This document shows positions 50,447 through 61,126 of a stretch of 64,000 bases of DNA, one piece after another. The notes under the pieces are model-generated. The model saw nothing but the letters and a program-made list of their open reading frames with translations, was not told the DNA's origin and ran no database searches. Position 1 is the stretch's first letter; every line of letters begins with the position of its first letter. Source of the DNA: Orbicella franksi (Eukaryota); NCBI GenBank assembly GCA_964199315.1, contig OZ116698.1, positions 6,634,001 to 6,698,000 of the forward strand. Reading direction: 5' to 3'. Both the position numbers and the translations under genes were made by a program.

Positions 50447-51237
50447 ATTCCCACGGTGAATCATCTGCCTCCGAAACTATCAAGATGCGGAAAAGGGTTA
50501 CAAAAAAGAAAAAAAAAAAAACACTGCCAGACCTTTACAGAATGCTTGCCATGTATGCAATCCTGTATATCGTTAGCAAAACGTTTTTGCATATTTTGCG
50601 TTTTCTTGTCTATGATAAGGGTCAAAATTCAACTTCAGGACTGGCAGGATGCATTTTGACACTTGATCCTATATGACTTTTTTAACGAGCGTGTTTAACG
50701 GGACTTCACTCATTTCGACTCATTTATTAGAACCTCTATGAGGTCAGATACGTCTTCAGACGATAAACTGACATTAAACGGACGACGGACATTTGAAGAA
50801 TTAATCTGCTAAGGCCAGATAAAGCAAGAACAAGAGTTTAAGAGTACATTATTTAAACCTCGGACATGAACCCTGAATTCTAGTTTAATCCGGCCTTAAC
50901 ACTAGCAGTGCTTAGTTTTATGGAGCCTTCCACGTGTTTTTCAACTTTTAATATTGACATTGTAAAAAAAGGCTGTCAACATTGCTGATTGCGCTTCTTA
51001 ATTCGCCACTACTAGGGCTGAACCAATCTTTAATATTTTGCGCCATATACTCAAACTAGACCAGTTCAGTAATTTGAAGGGGCTCTTCTCAGGCCTGCCC
51101 ACAGACTACCTAGACTTCCACTACTTAGCTAAATTTAAAAGTTTTAAGTCTCAAATTTAATAACAAAACCAAACCAAAACACAAATGTGGAAGGGCCTGT
51201 TGAGACAAACGAGGCAAGGCGACTTCGTTATCAGATT

Positions 51238-51540
51238 AGAGGGTCTCGATGGCGTGGTGGCTTTTCCGGCTAACGGTTAATTTTGGCATTTTTACGGCAA
51301 ACAATTTTTTCAATAAGTTAAAAATTAATTTTGATTACTGTTAAACATATTTAAGGTTTGAGGACCATTTCGGAACGGAAAACTGATATAACTAACAAGC
51401 CACAAAACAAGACACAAAAAAGTCTTGAAAAGAAATCTTGAGACTTTAGAATTAAAAATTCAAAACTTTCCGGTTTTTACGCTTTAAGACTGCATTTTAT
51501 CCCGTGTGACGGCTAACGGTTAACTCCGTTAAGACCCTCT
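51238..51540. mobile_element. MITE with 4-bp TSD
   Basis: TIR agagggtct / agaccctct; GATT at 51234-51237 and 51541-51544; subterminal ggctaacggttaa at both ends. Confidence 0.65.
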
Positions 51541-53213
51541 GATTACAATACATTTCGAAGCCGATTAGATAAGGTGAAATAATTTTCGTATCGAAAAGTA
51601 GAAATACACGTAGACTGCCCATGGCAAATGTCAAAAAAAGAAAACAAAATACCTGAAATAAGACACTGGTTGAATGCATCAACCAAAATATCTGCTCGAG
51701 GATGCCAAGCATCAACATTTTAGTTTAAAAAGACCAGCCTTAGCTCAAAGTGCAAATTCTCATTACGTACTGACATGCAATACTTTCAATAATAGTTTGA
51801 GAATTTCGTTGTATATCGAAACAGTAAATCCTGGATGATTTCTTTCGCTTGTCTGTGGTCCAGTGTTTGAAGAATTAAGGTGTCAAGGGATGATGTATAC
51901 GAATGGTAAGGCAAGGCTTCAAAAGCCAAATAACTAAGGGAAAAATGACTGATAAAAATAATACAAAAATAAATACAAAAAAAAAAAAAAAAAGAAAAGA
52001 AAAAGAGAAAGAAAACATGAAGTTCATGCTAAACTCTCCCAATATTAATTTGTTGGTTCATTAGTGTCGCTTTTATTTATTTATTTAGATTTGAACATGG
52101 GATCGGAATAAATGACTCTCTAATTTGGGTCTGCAGCTAAGCATACTTCTTTAAATGTAAGAATACATAAAAGAGATTGCAACTATGAACAGTTGAACTG
52201 TGTTTATTCTCGTTACCGGAACCTATACATTAAAAACTTCAAAAGTTAAGTCCAAGCGTGGTTGATTCCTTTTTTACAAGGCTTGTCCCTTCATCGGCGA
52301 TGCCAATATTCTATAAATAGCTGATATATTAATAACTCAGCCAACAAATAAACAGCTGCAAAATTTTGTATACAAACTACATATTTAAATACTTTCTGGT
52401 GATTTTTTTTTTAGCAAAGCAGTACAGAATTGACTTGTGGAAATAACATAACTACCTACTCTTGCTTCATTACAAACAAAGTATTTTTGAAAAAGCTGGG
52501 TTTGAAGCAAAATGCTTTATTTATATGATCATTGAGTGATCATTTCATTTCCTAGCATATTTCCTGTGCCATATTCATTATCTTAACTCTACGATTTGAG
52601 ATTAATATTCAACATTGCTTTTCGATTTTAAGCCAATCTTCAAGTAGCCCCTTAACCCACTTGCCCTACTAACATAAGCCATCCAATAAGAAGAGAAATC
52701 TAGCGAATAGAAGGAAATCATTCATTACAACTAATAAAAAATGTTCAAATTAGGCCAACTTAAATAGCAATGGGAAGGATTTCAATATTCAAAGTTAATA
52801 AAAAACAACATGAAAATATGCTGGATAACAAATAACAATATCACTTTCTCTGCTGTTTTTATATGGAACATTTTAAATCACTACAATGCCTTCGGCGATT
52901 TACACAAAAGTAAAAATAAAACTAAAAAGAAAAATAATAACAATAAAGCAGTAAAAAAGGCAAAACAGTCGATATTGAAAAAAAAATGAAGCTCGTCAAA
53001 TTCTAAAACACTTAATTACTTAATTATTTACATAATCAACCTTCCTAATGATATTCAAATGAATTTCTTTTACACACTTTATCGTTCGAACTTAATCATC
53101 AGCTAAAATCCCTCCATAAAAAGACGAATTACATGAAACTTAGCTAGAACAAAAAAAAAATAAAAAAAAAAATAATAGTAATAAAATACAAAAACACCCG
53201 ACAGCTTCGAGCG

Positions 53214-56177
53214 TTAGATAACCATGCACAGTTTTACGGTCTTCCTATCCAGTTGTGCTGCCAGATTTCGCAAACGACGAATGCGCACAGACGGTTTTCC
53301 CGCGTTAAAAACGCGGTAAAGATGAAGAGCGTTTTGTTTTTCCATTGCAAAACTAAGTTCTGGAACGGAAAGTTCAAAGACTTCTTTCTGATCAGAAGAG
53401 GTTGTCTTCACCTCAACGAATGTGATCACTGTGCGACAATTCTCGTCGTTTCCCATACCATTGAAATGTCGCCGAATCTCGATATCATATGGCGCAGTGG
53501 TATTCTCTCGTTCGTTCACCCAAATAATTTCCACTTCGGCACCTGCTTCGCTCTGAAGGAATTCAAACACGCATCGTTCTCCCCATCGACCGATTTCTTC
53601 TTTGTTTGGGTTGTCCACCAGCGGTATCCGATCCAAGATTCTCGTGTCACCATTAAAAGAGAGGTCTTCAAAGTCCAGTTCGGTTGTCCCAGCATCAAAC
53701 CACAGATACGAGCGAGTAGGGGAAAATTGCTTGGCTAAACTTCCAGGGCTAGATGTGAAGCTAGCTTCTTCAGGTCTAGGTGTTTGTGGGAGCTGGGGTT
53801 CCACCTGTCCTGAATTGTGGTGGCTGTGCTCATCTTCACTGGGAGGTGAATCTACAATCCCTCCAATCGAATTGGTTTTGGGTTCGTTCTTCGCATTGCT
53901 GTTGAGCACCGTTGCTTCGGCTGTTGTTTCCCCGGAGCTTGCAGAGTGATACTGTCGAGGGATGTTTTCAACAGGCAGGTCACGCACTGAGACTGTGCTA
54001 TCTTTCTCTCCAGGTATGTCTACGTGTTCTGTCGGTCTTTCGGTACTATTGTCATGTAGTGTAGGTCGTCCTTGGGCCTGATGTTCTCGGAGTTCCTCTT
54101 CAGGCTTCTTCACAGACTCCGGAGGTGCTGGCGGAGGCCACATCTTCAGCGTGCTTTCACTACCTGATTCCCCTTCGCGTTGACGCGTCTTATCATATTG
54201 AGCGGCAGATTTGGGTGGCCAGGAATGAAGACCATCGTCGCCGAACCTAGATGAGGTTGGTACTTCGGCGTGAAGGGGAGTAGCTTCAGTCGAAACTTCC
54301 TCTTCGACTTCAGCAATGTCAGGTTCGTCAGGAGGTGGCACGCTCCAAAGCTCTTCTTCATCAGGTAGTGGATCCAATCCTTGCCGCTCTCCAAGAAAGG
54401 ACTCGAGATCATTTCCATCGTAATTCTTCACTGCAACCAAAAAGTTACTGAGGTCTGAAGAGCCCTGTTTTGTACCTCTCAGCAGCAGCTTCACCAACTC
54501 GGCATTTACGACATCGGCACTTTCCTGAAACTCTTTCACCACGTAAAAACAGAAGGTGGAACCCACCGACTGTACGCCAGACTTTTCTTCAATTGGAATG
54601 CGAACATCGGGATGTGTACTTAATGAATACACGGTTTCTAAACTTTTCACAGAGGCAAATTGCATCTGCAGCAGTTTCTGTGCAAAACCGTCACGGATAA
54701 GTTCATCGTAAACTGTTGGATTTCTGGAGTATAGGAAACGCTGTACAGATGGTATCATCTGGTGAAAGTGCTTTTGCAGTGGGACACATCGGTACTCCAC
54801 TAACTCAGGGATAAACTCTTTCTTTATGCATTCACTTACTGGTTTTACTTCACAGGTCTTCAGAAACAACAAGACATTGTGTTGCAATTCTTCTCTGAGT
54901 TGTTGAGGCCTTCGAACGGATTGGCGATGCTTTTGAGGCTGAAAAAAGTTCCCGAAGTCCAGGAAATGAACGCTCTTCTCCTTCTGGAAAATCTTCAAAA
55001 GTGATTTGTCGTCGGGCAGTAGTGGCTTATCCGAAAGTGCAACCCACTTGTCGAAGGAGGGGAAAATACATTTCTGTTCCCTTTCCAGAGATTGCTTCAG
55101 AAAGTTAGCCATGTTATCGTCGATTTGCTGATCAACTCGCATGCTGTCGTTGTGGCCGCGAGCAACACACTTACGTCCCAAAGTTGCAAAAATCTTCAGC
55201 ATATCATTCAACGAGGAAGGAGTAGGGAAACCAGCAACTTTAGCCACGGTTGATGCCATTTCGATGTATTCATCAACTTTGGGTGTTTCGTCCACATGTA
55301 GTTGATCAATGAAAAAAGGTACTAGACTTTGTTGTTGGCTTTCTGAGATACTGTAGTGCCTCTCCAGTAAGCGTCTTGTGGTTACCTCTCCGTGTTCCTT
55401 AAACAGCTTCAAAGCCACTTCTGTAGGGTCTCGCCAGCACACATCCTTCTTCAACAAAAACGAACCAGATGCTTGGCGTGCCGGATTGGTGGAAGAGTCT
55501 GGATAGCGGTGAGGGACAAATATCAGCGCATTCTTATGAAAAGCATCGTTTATTTTTCTCCTGTCTTCACCATTCTGGGCCATTTTCTCGGAAAGAAAGG
55601 AATAGACTCTGCTCATGTGGGCAACGGAAGTTGTGAAGTCCCTGGGTTGACTTCCATCTACGGTTTCACCGCAAGCAGCTGACCACTGATTCATTTCGTT
55701 GATCATACCATCCACACCGACCGATTCTCGAATGCGTAAAGTGCTAATAAAAGCATTGCTCTTTAAGTCCGCAGCAATGTATTTTACGTGATCTTCTAGC
55801 AGCTGGTAAACTAATGGTATCTGCATGAAGAGGTCCCTTGGCAGAAACAGGTCGATTCCTGCAGCCCTGGCTGCCATCCATGGCCTCGAGACAAGATTCA
55901 GGTAAAAGGACGATCGCGTTTCTGTTAGAACGTGGCCATTTGTATCTTTGACATGAACTGAACCATCAGCGTACTTTGCGTATTTGTCATCCCAGCGTTC
56001 ATCAATACATTGAGCCAGGACCTTAGACTCCTCAGGATTTACTCGTTGCTTTGCATCGGAAGCGTCAATCTTACCAAGAAATTCTTCAAACTCTTCACAA
56101 ACCCAGTCATCGACTATGTAATAACCATCTGGAGTTGTTTGCCAAATGGGTTCGTAAGTAGCCCAAGGAGACTGAGC
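53214..56177 (-). CDS. Gene D terminal exon (987 aa, includes DUF3883-type domain)
   Basis: Acceptor ttcccag at 56178-56179; AQSPWATYE..KTVKLCMVI-TAA; matches the 998-aa ORF in the track. Confidence 0.92.
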   Translation of the reverse strand, partial: AQSPWATYEPIWQTTPDGYYIVDDWVCEEFEEFLGKIDASDAKQRVNPEESKVLAQCIDERWDDKYAKYADGSVHVKDTNGHVLTETRSSFYLNLVSRPWMAARAAGIDLFLPRDLFMQIPLVYQLLEDHVKYIAADLKSNAFISTLRIRESVGVDGMINEMNQWSAACGETVDGSQPRDFTTSVAHMSRVYSFLSEKMAQNGEDRRKINDAFHKNALIFVPHRYPDSSTNPARQASGSFLLKKDVCWRDPTEVALKLFKEHGEVTTRRLLERHYSISESQQQSLVPFFIDQLHVDETPKVDEYIEMASTVAKVAGFPTPSSLNDMLKIFATLGRKCVARGHNDSMRVDQQIDDNMANFLKQSLEREQKCIFPSFDKWVALSDKPLLPDDKSLLKIFQKEKSVHFLDFGNFFQPQKHRQSVRRPQQLREELQHNVLLFLKTCEVKPVSECIKKEFIPELVEYRCVPLQKHFHQMIPSVQRFLYSRNPTVYDELIRDGFAQKLLQMQFASVKSLETVYSLSTHPDVRIPIEEKSGVQSVGSTFCFYVVKEFQESADVVNAELVKLLLRGTKQGSSDLSNFLVAVKNYDGNDLESFLGERQGLDPLPDEEELWSVPPPDEPDIAEVEEEVSTEATPLHAEVPTSSRFGDDGLHSWPPKSAAQYDKTRQREGESGSESTLKMWPPPAPPESVKKPEEELREHQAQGRPTLHDNSTERPTEHVDIPGEKDSTVSVRDLPVENIPRQYHSASSGETTAEATVLNSNAKNEPKTNSIGGIVDSPPSEDEHSHHNSGQVEPQLPQTPRPEEASFTSSPGSLAKQFSPTRSYLWFDAGTTELDFEDLSFNGDTRILDRIPLVDNPNKEEIGRWGERCVFEFLQSEAGAEVEIIWVNERENTTAPYDIEIRRHFNGMGNDENCRTVITFVEVKTTSSDQKEVFELSVPELSFAMEKQNALHLYRVFNAGKPSVRIRRLRNLAAQLDRKTVKLCMVI

Positions 56178-59100
56178 CTGGGAAAAAAAACCACCAACAA
56201 CAAAACACATTTTAGTGATTATTGTTGACCATCAAGATGCAGAAAGTACTCCCCCACCATTGTTTTTTTTTAGATTAAGTACTTCCCTGGTATGTGCATG
56301 CAAATCGTTAAAAAAAGGTTATTGCTACTGGCGGTGACCTTTCTATTTGAAGTCATATTGTACTAAAGTTATTTGATAATTCCACAAATTCGCCGACGGC
56401 ATCCGCAATTTTACATTACAAGGTTTTGGCACGATGCAAAACAAAGAAAAAACAAAGAAAACAAAACAAAAACAAAAAAACCCTTGATCAATTCTTCATG
56501 TTATCGGAAATACAACCAGGCATGCTAAGACTACATTTGGATATCTTATTCTCATGTCAGTGGTAATTTATGAGCTCACCATGCTGTCTCGATGCAGTTT
56601 AACTTGCTTTCTTTTGATCGCCAGAAAATGCTGTACTCCAAGCTCGGTGAGAAACGCTTTCCAGTCCTCGGGACGAGCCTTTGATATTGTACACGAATCC
56701 AAGTACGATTCATCAAGAAGAGTCCAAGAGATACCTTAGTGGCAAGGAAACAAAGAGTTACACAACATAACAAAAAATTGCGCAAAATAAATATCAGCAT
56801 GGCGACTTCTTTCGACTGAAGACGGAAAGAAAATTCAATCGACCCTTTCCACGAACCAATAACATCTTACATCTGTCATGTTGGACCGCAAGTTGGGCAC
56901 TGGGGCATCCAAAAGAAAGGAACTCGCACCTCTCAAGATTCACTTTCTTATATTTTGGATGCCCCACTACTTAACTTTCGGTCTAGCATGGCTGATTTTG
57001 CACCATATCACCGGGTAGTGCAGAGTGCCTTGAGGAAGGATGGCAACAGACAAGCGTAAGTTTATAAGTAAGTGGCTTACTGGGTAAGTGACGAGCGAGG
57101 TCAATGGAGTTTCCGTATTTGGGTGTAAAATAAATTGGTGTTACTGTAGGGTTCACAACACCCTTGTTGGTCAAAATCTGTACGCAGGATCTCAGTTCGT
57201 CGATGTCACACACGGAAGGATCGGCTATACGCTGCGCAAGGATGTATACGAGATAGCTCCTCAACACTTCGTTCGACTTGACCTGCAAATCACAAAGGAC
57301 ATATATGTTAGGAATGATTTTGCGACATACTCATCTGGAACTTGTGCATATGCCCACACCAATGAAAGCAAAAAATTGTTCAGTTATCAGCCGATCAGAG
57401 ATAGGTCATTCATATTTTCAGCGCTAGTTACCACCCCGTACAATATCCTGATAAAGTGCATCGCTTATCATTGCATTACAAATGCTTTGAATTTTTTGGC
57501 TTTATTATATTCGTCCGACCGTTCTGGAAAACTGCTATGGACTGAGGGTTAATGAGCGGGAAATATCCTGATGAAACAATAACACTTAAACCAAACACTC
57601 TATTTAAAACAATGTTCCGCTTTGACACCAAAAAACAATTTTGAAGGAGAATGAACTGACAACTTTAAATCTCGGGTTAAAGTTTACATGATTTTGAGCT
57701 TGTCGGCTCCTGATGCTAAAGAGTGTGGATTGTAAGTACACGAATTCATGTGTTACCTTCCATTTGCCAGACTTAAAAGTTGGAATAATGTGACTGTTGA
57801 TAAGCTCTCTTGCGCTCCAACTCTTGACTCCTAAGCGTCTTAACAATTGTTCAACTTGAGAACGACCAATATCATCCAGTGAAGAGAACAGAGCTGGGTG
57901 GAGAGTGGACAGATCCCTCTCAAGTACAGTGAAACAAGTCTGTTCTTGGGATTTGGCACCTAAAAAAATGCGACGTAATACAATAAACAATGAAGGGACG
58001 AAAGAGCTGTAGAATTTAAGCAAAGCTGTGAAACGGCAAAGTAATCGTGTTGGCGTTCAAAATGTTTTCTAGTCTGGTCCAAGGAAACCATTTCTATGAA
58101 CTAGGCGCTTAAAAGAAACTTAAAACGCAACTTTTCGAACACCGATATCGCTTCACGCACTGCATCACATATTGTGACTGCATCACGAAACGTGCTTAGA
58201 AGAAATGGAATTGATCGACAACTGATGAACTGAACTTTTATTTCAGCTCCAACATGAAAATACTCATACCTTTCGTTTTCTTTGGGACAGCTCCTTCTGA
58301 GGTTTTCTTCATTGACAAAGGCAGGAAAACAGAATCCCCCTTCAGATTCACAAACGAACCATCTGTCAGTGGAATCACGTTAAGAGAGCCAATCAGATCC
58401 AGCATTTCCTGACTGCTATTTCGCTCCTGCTCAAGACAGCGATACATGCACTGCAACCATTGAGCCACCCAGCCTATCCTTACAATAGCCGGTCCGCGGT
58501 CGTCGTCATGAGGCGCAGCCGCACTGTGCTCAGCTGAAGCTTTTTTCACTTCCGCCTTCCCAATCTCAATCAAGTGCTTGCTGGATAGAGTCTCAATTCC
58601 AAGTCGGGATCTCAGAGTAGGATTAAGAGCTGGCACCATTACTGGATGGAGGTAGCTTAAACCCAAGTGTTCCTGGAGCAATGTTGGGGTGATAAGCTGC
58701 TGCGTCGTCCTGTCTTCGCAGTAAACGGCCTTGCAAGGTAGAACCCACTCGTAGTTGTTTAAAGTGTCGCAGCGATTGTGTGGTTGTTCACTTTCTTCGC
58801 TGGTCTTTTCTACGGGAATGCAAGGCTTTCCTTGTAGAAGTTTCAGAATATGGCGAGCAACAGGTGTAAAGAAATCTAGAATTTCCTCATCAAGGGGGAC
58901 AAATTGAAAGTATGAAGCCACCGAGGACAGACCAGAAAATGACGAGTGGTCCTTTGAAAATATAAGAAAGGGAAATCAGTTCGTTAGACACTTTCAAAAG
59001 CCTCGGCGCATGTATGAAAATTAGGACAACTAAACATGCGCCTAAAATGAACTACAGTAGCATAATCGACTCAGAACGCAATGGCGTTGACCGCAAATGC

Positions 59101-61093
59101 GTAGAAACTAACTCCTATTAGCTGTTTTACTTTTTTAACAAGTAGGGACATGTTGGTCTGTTTCAAGCATGATGGCTGATAAACTGAATTTAATAATGCA
59201 ATACACTTTTCATTGGTTTTACTAGTGGAAAGTATAATGTCTGGGGCTTAGCAAGCTTAACTAAGCTAGGATAAGCATCTGTAATGCCAGTTTTGATATC
59301 AAACATTCGATGTTTTTAGTCTTACGTTTTCACTTGAACCAATCTCTTACTCTACTAAACCTTGAGTTTGATCGTTTAAACAATTTTACACAAACAAAAT
59401 TATACACAAAAGAAATTAAAGCCTTGTTTAACTTTTGGTAGTGGATTCGCGTTAGTTGTCGGGCAAACTGGCCGTGGGCGGAGAGATAGAGAGGCGTCCT
59501 ACGAGAGTGAACAGACTTAACTGTCCAAGAGGACATCACACAAACACAACTTGAATTGCGGACGCAAAGTACAAAAATTTGAATCCCGCGTCCATGAATT
59601 TAATCTAGTGAAACTCAAATGATTAAAAGATTTTAACTCTGTCTTACTCACCATGAACACAGAAAGAGCGTCAATAAAGAGCTGTGGAATCTCTTCTCTC
59701 AGCCACTGATTCCAGGATTTGTCGCTGTCCACATCCTCTCTTGACGAAGGAACTTCGAAATCTCCTTGAATAATGAACCGAAAACCGTAACTTCTGAGAG
59801 GAAGGTAAGCAAACACATTCTGCTGTGGCAAGGTCTGCAGAAAGTAGGATAAAAATGCAAAATTCAGTCAGTGTTCTCTTTCTCTCCTCTTGTGTTAAGT
59901 CCATTCATACTTTATTCTTCTTTCAAGAGTTGGTGTGTGAGGTGGTGGAAGGAAGCACTCGTCTAAGAACGAACTCAGAGGGGCATTGCCTATATTTTGA
60001 AAAAAGTTCTCCTCAAGTGCAAAGATCCATCGCAAAGAACACAACAAGAAGACATTGGATTGTAGGATGAAGATCTACGCGTCAATAATTAGAAGTTAAC
60101 AATCATCTAGATCTCTGGCAATAAGTCATTGCATTTTACCTGATGTCGTTTTCCCAAGTTTGCATTTTTGTCCGAGTCACCAAACAAGGGGAAAGCCATC
60201 GCCAACTCGGTCATCTCTACGTCTTCTTTCATCTAGAAAAGAGGTCGAAGAAAACCAAACATTCTATGAGCTACTGTTACTCCAGCAGCAAAATAGTTCA
60301 GGACATAGAACAGCAAATAGCAGTAACACATAATAAGATGACTAAATATGACGAAAAATGGGAAAAACTCTTAACTTGTAATTTCATCTAAACTCTCGAC
60401 GTTGTTTCTTGAACCCCCTCTCTCGAAAAAGTATTGTAAATAAGACTCCGTTGTATGTAACGTATTGTAAGTAGTTTTCTGTGAGTAATGTAATGTAAGT
60501 AATTTACGTATATGTAGTGTACGTTTAGTAATGTAATTTATTGTAACTGGTCTATTGTAAGCAACACACTGTAATTCGGTATCTGTAAATAAAGTGCCGT
60601 AAATCCTCACGTTAGCGCCCGGGGCGCTTATTTCAAATTTAGGAGTAGACGCGGGGCTCTTATTCGAGGGGGCGCTTAATCGAGGGGGGCGCTTATTTAA
60701 TTTTTCCCAAATCGTGGCCTGACGTGATAATTTTTTTACTAGGTCATCTGCACGTAAACAACAACATAAGCTGTTTATCAAAATAAAAAGCTGATCCCAA
60801 AGTTTAAATCGTGGCACCGTTAGTACTTAACGTGTTCAACGTGTTCACTTAACGTTTTCAGAAACTGAAACAATGTACAAATCTAATACTACATGACGAA
60901 AACTATACAACCTTTGTATAGTTTTCTGTTGTCTCATAGGAGAGGGGGCGCTTATTCGAGGGGGGCGCTCATTTTAAATTTCGGCCGACAGGAGGGGCGC
61001 TTATTCGAAGGAAGGGCTTATTGGAGGTTTTACGGTATTGTTATAAGTTAAGTGCAGTAAAAAAATAATAATAATATGCATGAAAAACTACTC

Positions 61094-61126
<33 letters not shown>

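Noticed and set aside
53253-55682. Plus-strand ORFs (53253-53738, 53602-53949, 55392-55682)
   Set aside because: Antisense to the long gene D terminal exon; no independent evidence.
53214-56210. Long single ORF as a bacterial contaminant or recent horizontal transfer
   Set aside because: It is the last exon of a gene with eleven further phase-consistent spliceosomal exons and host MITEs in its introns.
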